From NCBI GenBank assembly GCA_049967475.1, contig JBMFSQ010000002.1, positions 96,001 to 160,000 on the forward strand: DNA of 64,000 nt, given 5' to 3'. Below the pieces are notes generated by a model. It had not been told where the DNA came from, made no database searches, and saw nothing but the letters and a program-made list of their open reading frames with translations. Positions 31,467-40,747 of the stretch are shown piece by piece. Position 1 is the first letter of the stretch; every line of letters begins with the position of its first letter. The translations under genes were made by a program, and so were the position numbers. Source of the DNA: Chthonomonadales bacterium (GTDB lineage Bacteria; Armatimonadota; Chthonomonadetes; Chthonomonadales; CAJBBX01).

Positions 31467-32930
31467 ATGACACGCTTGGTGCAAAACCATTCCCCGGCGC
31501 GAGTTGCATCTCTTGTGATGTGGGGGGTGCTGGGTCTGCAGCTTCAGCCGGCTTGGTGTCAGGTGGAAGCAGGAAGGTCCGCACTCTACGCATTGCAAAA
31601 CGCCTTTGCTTCCGTGGCCGACCAAGTGGAGCCCTCGGTCGTCACCGTCATCGCGACACGAATGGTCCGCCCGCGGAACACCGATGCGGCTCCGAAGCCC
31701 GAGGATGACGACACTCCCCGCCTTCCCTTCGGACATCCTTCCCTCCCGCGGGCATACCGCTCGGAAGGGACGGGATCCGGAGTGATCCTCACATCGGATG
31801 GATGGGTGCTCACCAATGACCACGTTGTGGGCGATGCCGACAAGGTCACCGTGCGTTTGCACGACGGGCGGGAATACGTCGGATCGGTGCGCCGGGACTA
31901 CCGCAGCGATCTGGCCCTTATCAAGATCAACGCCACGGGCCTCAAACCCGCCCGGCTGGGCGATTCCGACAAGGTGCGCATCGGTCATTGGGCTATCGCC
32001 ATAGGAAGCCCCTATCGGTACGAGGGATCCTTCTCGGTAGGCGTCATCAGCTCCCTCTACCGGCGGCAGGAGATCCGCTCCCTGCGGGGATTGCGCCTGT
32101 ACCCCGACATGATCCAGACGGATGCTGCGATCAATCCCGGCAACTCAGGGGGTCCTTTGGTCAATATCGAGGGTGAGGTAATCGGCATCAACACCGCCAT
32201 CGAGTCCGACACGGGCGGAAGCGTCGGCATCGGCTTCGCCATCCCCATCAATGACGCCAAATTCGTGATCGCTCAGCTTATGGCGAAGGGGCGCGTAGCG
32301 TACGGCTACCTGGGCATCGAACCCGACACCGTAACGCCCCGATACGCCGCAGCCTACCGGGTCACGGGCGGCGCCAGAGTGCAGGCCGACCCGGAGCCGG
32401 GCAGTCCCGCCGCTAAAGCCGGCCTTCAGGTGGATGACGTCATTACTCAAATCGGCGACAAGCCCATACATAACGAGACGGACCTGCGCACCACAGTCGC
32501 CCATCTCGTTCCTGGGACGGTGGTGGATGTAACGTTCGTGCGGGATGGCGTAACGCGCCGCACCAAAGTCACCATCGGCGAATGGAAGGATCCCTACGCC
32601 GAACCTCCCATCCCTGTGCCGGCGCCGGGCCGAGCAGACCTGGGCATCACCGTGGCTCCGCTCACTCCCGAATCCGCCAGGCGCGCCGGCGTGGATGAAA
32701 AGACGCCGGGCGTGGTGATCCGCGCTCTGGACCCCGCCTCCGCGGCATCCATGTCGGAACTCATGACAGGAGACGTGATCCTGCGCGTAAACAATGTGGA
32801 AACGCCCACCGTAGAAGCATTTCGGAAGGCTGCTGCCGGCCTCCACTCTGGAGATGTGGTACGCATCCTGTGGGTGCGCAAGATGGGCGATCAGGCCACA
32901 CGGCGCGTCGCCACCATCATTGTGGACTGA
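31467..32930 (+). CDS. degP: HtrA/DegP serine protease with two PDZ domains
   Basis: Catalytic triad in TNDHVV, DLA and QTDAAINPGNSGG; PDZ domains; signal peptide. Confidence 0.92.
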   Translation: MTRLVQNHSPARVASLVMWGVLGLQLQPAWCQVEAGRSALYALQNAFASVADQVEPSVVTVIATRMVRPRNTDAAPKPEDDDTPRLPFGHPSLPRAYRSEGTGSGVILTSDGWVLTNDHVVGDADKVTVRLHDGREYVGSVRRDYRSDLALIKINATGLKPARLGDSDKVRIGHWAIAIGSPYRYEGSFSVGVISSLYRRQEIRSLRGLRLYPDMIQTDAAINPGNSGGPLVNIEGEVIGINTAIESDTGGSVGIGFAIPINDAKFVIAQLMAKGRVAYGYLGIEPDTVTPRYAAAYRVTGGARVQADPEPGSPAAKAGLQVDDVITQIGDKPIHNETDLRTTVAHLVPGTVVDVTFVRDGVTRRTKVTIGEWKDPYAEPPIPVPAPGRADLGITVAPLTPESARRAGVDEKTPGVVIRALDPASAASMSELMTGDVILRVNNVETPTVEAFRKAAAGLHSGDVVRILWVRKMGDQATRRVATIIVD

Positions 32931-32955
32931 CGTGCAGCACACAGTGGCCGCCTCT

Positions 32956-32964
32956 TGGTATACT
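32956..32964 (+). promoter_or_regulatory. Possible extended -10 promoter for the proteasome operon
   Basis: TGG-TATACT 46 nt upstream of arc. Confidence 0.4.
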
Positions 32965-33010
32965 CTAATCCCACCAGCGCCATCGCCGGCAGGGAAAGAA
33001 AGGGTGCCGT

Positions 33011-34729
33011 ATGCCCAAAGGACGCGATAACGAGTTCTTCGAAGACCCGGACGAAGTGATCCGCGAGTGGTCCCTTCCCGAAACCCGCTACCGTGCCGCA
33101 CGCCTCCTTCAGGAGATTATCCGCGTGACGCCGCGCACGGACCCGCGCTTGGACGCCATGCTCTTGCTGCTGCACCAATTGGAGACCGACGAAAAGCAGA
33201 TGCAAGAGGCCCAGCAAGCAATTGCAGAACTAGAAGAGGCCTACAACAAACTGACTTCGCCTGCTAACCGCATCGGCGTCTTCATCGGCCCAATCGAAGG
33301 GACCGACACGGTTCAGATCGCCGTGGGTGACCAGGAGTACATCGCTTCCGTAGATCCCAAGCTGAAGGATGCAAAGTTCAAGGTGGGGACCCGTGTCAAG
33401 GTGAATGATGCCTTTGCCGTCATTGGGGACCTGGGTTACCATCCCGGCGGCCCGCTCGTGAAGATCAGCGAAGTGGTGGATGAACAGCGCCTCCGGGTGT
33501 CGCTGGATGCCCAGGGGATGCAGTCCCGCATCATCTATCGGTCTACAGACCTCATGGGCGTACCCCTCAAGGCAGGAGATGAAGTACGTGTCGAGCCCAA
33601 TTTCAAGGTGGCCCTCGAACACTTCCCAATGAAAGAGACGCGCGAATACTTCCTGGAGGAAGTGCCGGAACTTCCCTGGAGCAAAATCGGGGGGCAAGAG
33701 GAGGCCATCGAAGTCATAAAGGATGCCATCGAGCTTCCTTTGCTCTATCCGGAACTCTTTGCACGCTTCGAAAAGCGCCCCCTGAAAGGCATCCTTCTCT
33801 ACGGTCCTCCCGGCTGCGGCAAGACACTCATCGGCAAGGCCACGGCGTACAATCTCACCCGCGAGTATCGCCTGCGCACCCGGCGCGATGTCAAAGAGTA
33901 CTTCATGTACATCAATGGGCCCAAGATCCTCAACATGTGGCTGGGTGAGTCCGAGCGCATGGTCCGTGAGATCTTTAGTACCGCCCGCGAAAAAGCCCGG
34001 GATGGATACCTCGTCTTCATCTTCATAGACGAAGCCGAGTCCATCCTGCGCACGCGTTCCTCCGGCCGATGGCTCAACATCTCCAACACGGTGGTGCCCC
34101 AGTTCTGTGCCGAAATGGATGGATTGGTCGGACTGGAAAACGTCGTCGTGATGCTCACCTCCAACCGGCCGGATTATATAGACCCCGCCATCCTCCGCCC
34201 GGAACGGATAGACCGCAAAGTGAAGGTGAGCCGCCCCAATCGGCGCGATGCCCGGGACATTCTTGCCATCTATCTGCACGAGAACATTCCAATTGACCCC
34301 GCCCTAGTGCGGGAACACAAGGGCGATGCGGCCGGTGCACGCAACGAACTGCTGGACCTCGCCATCGAGTTCCTTTGGAGGTGTGAACCCGACACGGAAT
34401 TCCTGGAGGTTTATTTGCGCAGCGGAAGCCAGGAGACCCTCTATTGGAAGGACTTGGTGAGCGGCGCCCTCATCAAGTCTGTAGTGGAGCGGGCGAAAGA
34501 TTACGCCATCAAACGCTCCATTGCTTCCTCTTCGGATACCGAAGGCATTACCCTGACCGATCTTCAGCAGGCCATTCGGGTGGAGTACAAGGAAAACGAG
34601 ATCTTCCCAAAAAGTGACACGCAGGAGGATTGGCTCAAGCTGTTGGACTACAATCCCGAGAACGTAGCCGCCATCAAACCCATCCGCGCAAAACGCCGCA
34701 TGCCTCCGGCGCGCCGGAATATTATCTGA
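33011..34729 (+). CDS. arc: Proteasome-associated AAA ATPase (ARC/Mpa homolog)
   Basis: N-terminal coiled coil and OB domains; GPPGCGKT, FIDEAES, SNRPDYIDPAILRPERID and VSGA motifs. Confidence 0.92.
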   Translation: MPKGRDNEFFEDPDEVIREWSLPETRYRAARLLQEIIRVTPRTDPRLDAMLLLLHQLETDEKQMQEAQQAIAELEEAYNKLTSPANRIGVFIGPIEGTDTVQIAVGDQEYIASVDPKLKDAKFKVGTRVKVNDAFAVIGDLGYHPGGPLVKISEVVDEQRLRVSLDAQGMQSRIIYRSTDLMGVPLKAGDEVRVEPNFKVALEHFPMKETREYFLEEVPELPWSKIGGQEEAIEVIKDAIELPLLYPELFARFEKRPLKGILLYGPPGCGKTLIGKATAYNLTREYRLRTRRDVKEYFMYINGPKILNMWLGESERMVREIFSTAREKARDGYLVFIFIDEAESILRTRSSGRWLNISNTVVPQFCAEMDGLVGLENVVVMLTSNRPDYIDPAILRPERIDRKVKVSRPNRRDARDILAIYLHENIPIDPALVREHKGDAAGARNELLDLAIEFLWRCEPDTEFLEVYLRSGSQETLYWKDLVSGALIKSVVERAKDYAIKRSIASSSDTEGITLTDLQQAIRVEYKENEIFPKSDTQEDWLKLLDYNPENVAAIKPIRAKRRMPPARRNII

Positions 34730-34750
34730 GATCGGACACGGTACGCCTCT

Positions 34751-36307
34751 GTGCTGCATCGCATCTTCGGCATCGAAACGGAATACGGTATTTCCATAGA
34801 AGGCGCGGGTACCCACGACCTCGTCGCGGAGACCATAGCCGTCGTGCGCTCCTACCCAGGTCCCTGTGTAACGGGCTGGAACTACCGGGGCGAGGATCCG
34901 CGGCGCGACATACGCGGGTTTACGGTGACCCATTTGGCCACCAACCCCGACGATGCACAGTTCGACGACCCCTCCCGACCCCCTATGCCCCTATCGGAAG
35001 AGCGCAGCGACCGCATCCTCGCCAATGGCGCGCGCCTCTACAACGACCACGGCCACCCGGAATATTCGACACCCGAATGTGCCAAGCTGCAGGATCTGGT
35101 AGCTCATGACTGCGCCGGAGAGCGCATCGTGTGGGAGTGCGCCCGCCGCTACACCGAAACCACGGGGCACCTCGTTCGCCTGTACAAGAACAACACCGAT
35201 TACCACAAAGCCTCCTATGGAACCCACGAAGGGTACCTCACCCTGCGCAGCGTACCCGCCGACACCCTCATTCTGGCCCTCACCCCATTCCTCGTCACAC
35301 GGCAGATCTTTGCAGGCGCCGGCAAGGTTACCGCCGAGGAGGGCCTCTTTCAGATCTCCCAGAGGGCAGATTTCATCAGCGTAGAGGCGGGCGTGGACAC
35401 CCTCCACAATCGCCCCTTGGTAAACACACGCGATGAACCCCACGCCACTCCCAGCCGATACCGGCGCCTCCATCTGATCGTAGGCGATGCCAATATGAGT
35501 CGCTGGGCTACAGCCATGAAGGTGGGAACCACATCCCTGGTCCTCGCCCTCGTCGAAGACGGATGGCAGCCCCAAGTCCGCCTGCGCAACCCCGTGTCTG
35601 CCCTCAAGCACATCTCCCGGGACCGCACCCTGCAATGGATCGTCGAGCTGGAAGACGGCCGATCCGCCTACGCCATAGACCTCCAGCGCATCTACCTCCA
35701 AGAGGCGCAGCGCCGCTTCGCGGGCGCATCGGAAGACGTGGACTGGGTGCTTTCGGAGTGGGACGCTGTTCTCACCGATCTTTCTGAGGACTTGACAGCC
35801 GCACGTGATCGCGTGGACTGGATCGCCAAACGTACACTCATGGAACAGTTCATGGAGGAAGAGGGCGTGGGCTGGGATGCTCCCATCATGGAAAGCCTGG
35901 ATCTGGCCTACCACGATGTGGACCCGGAAGAGGGCCTGTACTACGGCCTGGAAGCCTCCGGAGCCATGCGGCATGTGGTGTCGGACAACGCCATCGAAGC
36001 CGCGCGCTCATGCCCGCCGCCGGACACCCGGGCATCTATCCGCGGCCTCTTCGTGAGGCGCTTTCCAGAAGCAGTACGCGCGGTAGGTTGGAACGGCATC
36101 GCCTTCCACAACAACGGTGAAGACCTGCTTTTCGACATGAATTCCCTGGTGGATGGCAACGTGGCGTCCCTGGCTGCCGAACTCTCAGAAGCTGCTACGT
36201 TGAATGATTGGGTTGCTATCATCCAACAAAACCCAAGCAAAACCGAAGCAAAGGAAGGCAGCGGTGGTCCTGGTGCCGGCAACCAGGAACCATCCAATGC
36301 CGTATAA
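34751..36307 (+). CDS. dop: Dop homolog (deamidase/deconjugase)
   Basis: GIETEYG, LANGARLYNDHGHPEYSTPEC, YKNNTD..ASYGTHE and NTRDEPHA motifs. Confidence 0.9.
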   Translation: MLHRIFGIETEYGISIEGAGTHDLVAETIAVVRSYPGPCVTGWNYRGEDPRRDIRGFTVTHLATNPDDAQFDDPSRPPMPLSEERSDRILANGARLYNDHGHPEYSTPECAKLQDLVAHDCAGERIVWECARRYTETTGHLVRLYKNNTDYHKASYGTHEGYLTLRSVPADTLILALTPFLVTRQIFAGAGKVTAEEGLFQISQRADFISVEAGVDTLHNRPLVNTRDEPHATPSRYRRLHLIVGDANMSRWATAMKVGTTSLVLALVEDGWQPQVRLRNPVSALKHISRDRTLQWIVELEDGRSAYAIDLQRIYLQEAQRRFAGASEDVDWVLSEWDAVLTDLSEDLTAARDRVDWIAKRTLMEQFMEEEGVGWDAPIMESLDLAYHDVDPEEGLYYGLEASGAMRHVVSDNAIEAARSCPPPDTRASIRGLFVRRFPEAVRAVGWNGIAFHNNGEDLLFDMNSLVDGNVASLAAELSEAATLNDWVAIIQQNPSKTEAKEGSGGPGAGNQEPSNAV

Positions 36308-36343
36308 TGGAACTGTAGGCCGAAGCCGGTAAGGAGAAAGAGA

Positions 36344-36529
36344 ATGATCGTCAAAGCTGAAGAGCGCCTCACCAGGCCCTTGCCCGTGACACCCGAACGC
36401 AGACCTGGAGATGGCGAAGGACCCACCAAACCCGACGTAAAGAGGCCCGATACCAGTGACCTGCTCAAGCGGATGAAGCGCGTGGATCCGGATGCCGCCC
36501 GCCGGTACCGCCAGCGGAGCGGTGAGTGA
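36344..36529 (+). CDS. ubact: Ubiquitin-like modifier UBact
   Basis: 61-aa disordered protein between dop and prcB ending YRQRSGE, the R[S/T]G[E/Q] tail of UBact rather than the GG[E/Q] tail of Pup; AAGGAG RBS. Confidence 0.88.
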   Translation: MIVKAEERLTRPLPVTPERRPGDGEGPTKPDVKRPDTSDLLKRMKRVDPDAARRYRQRSGE

Positions 36530-36532
36530 GGA

Positions 36533-37321
36533 ATGCAGGCAAGCACTTTACGGGAGCTGCTGGGCGCCGGCCGTGAACCCGTGTTGCCGCTTCCTTCTGC
36601 GAGCCGGCCTGCGCCGGATGCGCCAGGAGGCGGCATGCCTCTCGAAGTCCACGGTACCACCGTCATCGCCGTCAAATACCGGGGCGGTGTACTCAACGTG
36701 GGTGACCGCAGGGCCACCGCCAACTTTGCCGTGATGTACGACCGCGCCGAGAAGGTGCTGCCCATTGACGACTATACGCTCCTGGCAATCTCGGGAAGCT
36801 ACGCCCGGGCCATGGAAGTAGTTCGCTATCTGCGCCATTCGTTCAAGTACTTTGAGCGTTCTCAACTTCAACCCATGAGCCTGGACGGCAAGCTTGCGGA
36901 ACTGGCCCGTGCGGTTGCAGCCGGAGTTCCCGCAGCGTTGCAGGGCATCGGGGGCTTCATCCCCATCCTCAGCACCTTCGACCGCGCAGCGAATGAAGGC
37001 CGCATCTTCTTCTACGACGGAATGGGCGCACGCTTCGAGTCCACCGAATACGGCGCGGCAGGCTCCGGCGCGATCCAAATACGGGGAGTGTTTGATTACA
37101 TTGTCAAGACGCGCCGCCCCTTCCACGAAATGGAGCGCACCGAGGCCCTTAGGGAAGCACTTCTTCTTCTGGATATCGCCTCGGATCTGGACGCGGCCAC
37201 GGGAGGTTGGTCTAAGGTTCTCCCCTTGGCCAAGACGATTGACGCAGAAGGGATTGCCGACGTACCCGAGGCAGAATTGCGCAGCCTCGTGGATGAGATC
37301 AACCGCATGGGGCGCCGCTAA
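36533..37321 (+). CDS. prcB: 20S proteasome beta subunit
   Basis: 41-aa propeptide ending HG|TT; Thr1, Asp17 and Lys33 intact; GSG motif. Confidence 0.92.
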   Translation: MQASTLRELLGAGREPVLPLPSASRPAPDAPGGGMPLEVHGTTVIAVKYRGGVLNVGDRRATANFAVMYDRAEKVLPIDDYTLLAISGSYARAMEVVRYLRHSFKYFERSQLQPMSLDGKLAELARAVAAGVPAALQGIGGFIPILSTFDRAANEGRIFFYDGMGARFESTEYGAAGSGAIQIRGVFDYIVKTRRPFHEMERTEALREALLLLDIASDLDAATGGWSKVLPLAKTIDAEGIADVPEAELRSLVDEINRMGRR

Positions 37322-37373
37322 GGCTCCACTTCCGAAGGGCTTTCCCTCGAAGGCACTGGAGACAGAGTACCGG

Positions 37374-38168
37374 ATGGTTTACACACCTTTTGATTTCAAC
37401 GAAGCGATCAGCCAGCGCCGCGAATGGGCCGAGACGGGGTTGCGCGAAGGGAGCCCCGTAGTAGGCGTGAGCATCGAGGATGGGCTCTTCCTCCTTACGG
37501 TGCGCCAGACGCAACGCAAGGTCTTCGAGATTTATGACCGCCTCATCTACTCGGCCATCGGCAACCAGTCTGATATCGAGGCGATCCGCATCGGAGCCAT
37601 TGACGTAGCCCACCGTGAGGGCTTTGAGCGCAGTCCCGACGACGTTACCGCCCATCGCCTTTTGGGTTTCGCCTTGAGCCCGCCCCTCAAGAAGCTCTTC
37701 GGCGATAGCTTCAACGCCCCGGCAGTTGTTCGCGCCATCTTCGGCGAAATGGGCCCTGCACCGCAGGACGACCTTTATTACGTGCTCAATTACGACGGAG
37801 AGTTCTTTCAGAGGGAGCGCTGCGCTGCCGTAGCCGGCACTCCGGAAGCCGAAGAGCATATCGCCAAGCATCTAGCCACGATCCAGCCGCAGGTCCCCCT
37901 GCACGAGGCGATCCCGCTGGCTCTGCGCGCCTGGGCGGTTGGGGTGCTCCTGGGAAACCGCCACGAGCCTGCAGACGGTGAAGAAGCCCCATCGCCGGAC
38001 GATGCTGTGCCGGAGGATCAAATCCTCCAGGAAATCCGTCGGCGCCTCGCCTCCGGCACGCTGGAGGTAGGATTGCTGGATCGCCGTACGCGGCGTGAGA
38101 GCAAATTCCGCCTCCTTGGCGCAGAGGAGCTCCAAAGTATTGTGAAAGATTTCTCAAGTACTGCATAG
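37374..38168 (+). CDS. prcA: 20S proteasome alpha subunit
   Basis: MVYTPFD...G.PVV, RKVFEIYDRL...G and S.DDVT motifs; follows prcB. Confidence 0.88.
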   Translation: MVYTPFDFNEAISQRREWAETGLREGSPVVGVSIEDGLFLLTVRQTQRKVFEIYDRLIYSAIGNQSDIEAIRIGAIDVAHREGFERSPDDVTAHRLLGFALSPPLKKLFGDSFNAPAVVRAIFGEMGPAPQDDLYYVLNYDGEFFQRERCAAVAGTPEAEEHIAKHLATIQPQVPLHEAIPLALRAWAVGVLLGNRHEPADGEEAPSPDDAVPEDQILQEIRRRLASGTLEVGLLDRRTRRESKFRLLGAEELQSIVKDFSSTA

Positions 38169-38218
38169 AGGGCCTCGAGCTCGCGCGGTACACCAACCAC
38201 AATGGGACTACCCTGAGC

Positions 38219-39700
38219 ATGAAGAAGCGCGTCTTTGGCATCGAAACAGAATTCGGCTGCCTGGTGAACTCACCCGCTGTCGGCACGTTCGAGGACGTCG
38301 TTCAGGCCGTGAAGGACGGGGCGTTCTACAAGAAGAACCTGGGAGTGATTGATCTTCACGCCCGGGACACAGCCTTCGAACCGGCCCGCTCCGGCGGCTT
38401 TCTGCGCAACGGCGGCCGCCTCTACATAGATGCGGTGGGCAGCCACGAAGAATACGCCACCCCTGAGTGCGCGGACCTCCACACCCTGGTCGTTTACGAT
38501 CGGGCGGGCCGGTTTATCCTTCAGGATCTTCTGGAGGACCTCCACCTTGCCGAGGCTGCCAGCTTTCACAACAACTCTGTGGACCACTTTGGAGGACACA
38601 CCTTCGGATGCCATGAGAATTACCTCGTGGAGATTGAGGACCGCTTCTTCACCGATGCCCTGGCCTACTTGCTGCCGTTCCTTGTTACGCGGCAGATCTT
38701 CGCCGGAGCCGGCCGCGTAGGCGGACACAGGCTCACGCGCCCCAATAGCCGCGGCAACATCATGACGCTTGGCGAGAATGCGCTCGATTATATCTGGGTG
38801 AGCAACTTCTATGGGGTCGAGATTGACCACAGCGTGGACTTCCAGCTCTCTCAGCGCGCGGACCATATCGTTCGGGAACTCTCCAGCCGCGTGCGCTTCA
38901 ACCGGGCAATCGTCAATCCCAAGTGGGACACGTTCTACCGCCACAGCAAATGCCATCGCCTCCACGTGCTCTACGGCGAAGCCAACATGAGCGAGTATGC
39001 CCTCATGCTCAAGATAGGCACCACATGCATCGTCATGGACCTCATCGAGCGCGAGATCTATCCCGAAGGTGTGGTACTCGCCGACCCACTCGAGACGCTG
39101 CGTTCTGTGTCCCGTGATCCTAAGATGCGTTGGCTCGTACGCCTCAAGAACCAAGAGACCATCCCCGCGGTGGACCTGCAACGGAAGTATCTGGCCGCAG
39201 CACAAAAATACCTTCGCCGCCGGGACGACCAAACAGACTGGATCCTGGCGGAATGGGAACGCACTCTCGACGACCTCGAGCGTGACCCGCTCTCCACTGC
39301 AGACCGGCTGGATTGGGCCGCCAAGAAGAAACTCCTGATGGAATACATCGCACAGGAAGGCGTGTCCTGGCAGGACGACGTGATGCAGAGCCTCGATCTG
39401 GCATATCACAACGTGAACCCCAAGGAGAGCCTCCACGCTGCGCTGGAGGATGCTGGGCTCATGCTGCGGTTCACCACGCCCGAAGAGGTGGAAAGTGCCG
39501 CCGTCAATCCGCCCGAGAATACCCGGGCCCTGGGGCGAGGGCTCGCCGTGGAATACCTCTTGGCGCACCCCGAGATCCGCTATCGCTATTTCATTGATTG
39601 GGATGCGATTTACTTGGACTTCAACCACCGGCTGGACCTGCGCAACCCCTTCCACACCTACGAAAAAGAGGTACTGGAATTCCTGTCGAGGTCGGCGTAA
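38219..39700 (+). CDS. pafA: PafA homolog (modifier-protein ligase)
   Basis: GIETEFG, FLRNGGRLYIDAVGSHEEYATPEC, GCHENY, SQRADH and RLHV motifs. Confidence 0.9.
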   Translation: MKKRVFGIETEFGCLVNSPAVGTFEDVVQAVKDGAFYKKNLGVIDLHARDTAFEPARSGGFLRNGGRLYIDAVGSHEEYATPECADLHTLVVYDRAGRFILQDLLEDLHLAEAASFHNNSVDHFGGHTFGCHENYLVEIEDRFFTDALAYLLPFLVTRQIFAGAGRVGGHRLTRPNSRGNIMTLGENALDYIWVSNFYGVEIDHSVDFQLSQRADHIVRELSSRVRFNRAIVNPKWDTFYRHSKCHRLHVLYGEANMSEYALMLKIGTTCIVMDLIEREIYPEGVVLADPLETLRSVSRDPKMRWLVRLKNQETIPAVDLQRKYLAAAQKYLRRRDDQTDWILAEWERTLDDLERDPLSTADRLDWAAKKKLLMEYIAQEGVSWQDDVMQSLDLAYHNVNPKESLHAALEDAGLMLRFTTPEEVESAAVNPPENTRALGRGLAVEYLLAHPEIRYRYFIDWDAIYLDFNHRLDLRNPFHTYEKEVLEFLSRSA

Positions 39701-40024
39701 CACGCGATCTCGCCATCTGCATTCGCTCCGAAGGAGCCGCAGGAATGCGCGCAATAACGCGGGCTCCAGATCCCGGCATCCAACGGTCTGCGCATGATGA
39801 AGAAACTGCCCCTCAACGCCGTCCGGCGGCACAGCGCGCGAAGGAACATTAAGAGCCTCTGCTCGCGGCATCGCATCCTTATGGTTCCTCTCTGCCCGGC
39901 CGCTTCCAGAATAGGCAGCGGAACCGAGCCCGGCAGCCGCCGTTCGCCCCCTTGTGTTCCTCTCTTCCAACATGTATAATGCGCGTGGATCGTGTGCTCG
40001 GCTGCTATCCCCAAGGAGGGCTCC

Positions 40025-40366
40025 ATGCACCAAGATATCCTCGTCACCACAACGTTTGACCTGGACGGCTACCGCGTTGTGCGCCACCTGGGCATCGTGC
40101 GCGGCATTACCGTGCGTACTAGAGGCATTGGCGGCAAGATTGCCGCGGGTCTCCGCAGTATCGTCGGAGGGCAGGTTGAAGCCTACGTGTCTATGTGTGA
40201 GGTCGCCCGGGCTGAGGCTATGGAGTATATGTTGACGCACGCTCGCGAGCGGGGTGCAAACGCCGTTTTGGGGATGCGCTACGACGCCACGGAGGTCGAT
40301 TCCGGCATGACGGAAGTCCTAGCCTACGGAACCGCCGTTATCGTGGAGCCTTTGGCACAGGCTTGA
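40025..40366 (+). CDS. YbjQ/UPF0145 family protein
   Basis: LGIVRG...GG....Y...R...GANAVLGMRYD...AYGTAV pattern. Confidence 0.9.
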   Translation: MHQDILVTTTFDLDGYRVVRHLGIVRGITVRTRGIGGKIAAGLRSIVGGQVEAYVSMCEVARAEAMEYMLTHARERGANAVLGMRYDATEVDSGMTEVLAYGTAVIVEPLAQA

Positions 40367-40379
40367 GAACTCCGCCACC

Positions 40380-40703
40380 ATGATCTGCAACCACTGCGGC
40401 GCAGACAACAACCCGGGGCGCGAACGGTGCGCCGTTTGCGGCAACCAACTCGTCGAGCTGGACCGCATCCTCCAACGAGATCGCAAGACCGGCCACGTAC
40501 TCCGCGCCGGTATCATCGGCCTCGTTGCCGGCGCTGCCGCCGCCATCTTCCTGGGCATCATTGTGGGTGCACTCTTTTCGCCCGAGGGCCGGCTGGCCGG
40601 CGCCGTTGTGGGCGGTTGGGTGGGCCTTTGGGTGGGTGCTCCGGTCGGAGCCATCCTTGGCGCACTCGCAGGCGCGCTGCTGCCTCAACCCAAGCAGTAT
40701 TGA
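40380..40703 (+). CDS. Zinc-ribbon membrane protein with glycine-zipper helices
   Basis: CNHCG...CAVCG followed by GxxxG-rich TM segments. Confidence 0.65.
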   Translation: MICNHCGADNNPGRERCAVCGNQLVELDRILQRDRKTGHVLRAGIIGLVAGAAAAIFLGIIVGALFSPEGRLAGAVVGGWVGLWVGAPVGAILGALAGALLPQPKQY

Positions 40704-40747
40704 CGGGGGAGACACTCCCCAAAACCTGATGAACCTTGGAGAGAACG

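Noticed and set aside
36279..36308. Internal promoter for ubact (GCAACC-N16-CGTAT, or TATAAT at 36303)
   Set aside because: It deviates from the GGAACC-N17-CGTAA motif in both sequence and spacing. The TATAAT has no -35 or TGn extension and overlaps the dop stop codon.
36344..36529. Calling the small modifier Pup
   Set aside because: It lacks the Pup C-terminal GG[E/Q] motif. The RSGE tail fits UBact.
38270..40240. 656-aa minus-strand ORF and other long antisense ORFs (e.g. 25-1458, 6374-7807, 33230-34279)
   Set aside because: These are shadow ORFs opposite well-supported genes, expected in high-GC DNA, and show no recognisable motifs.
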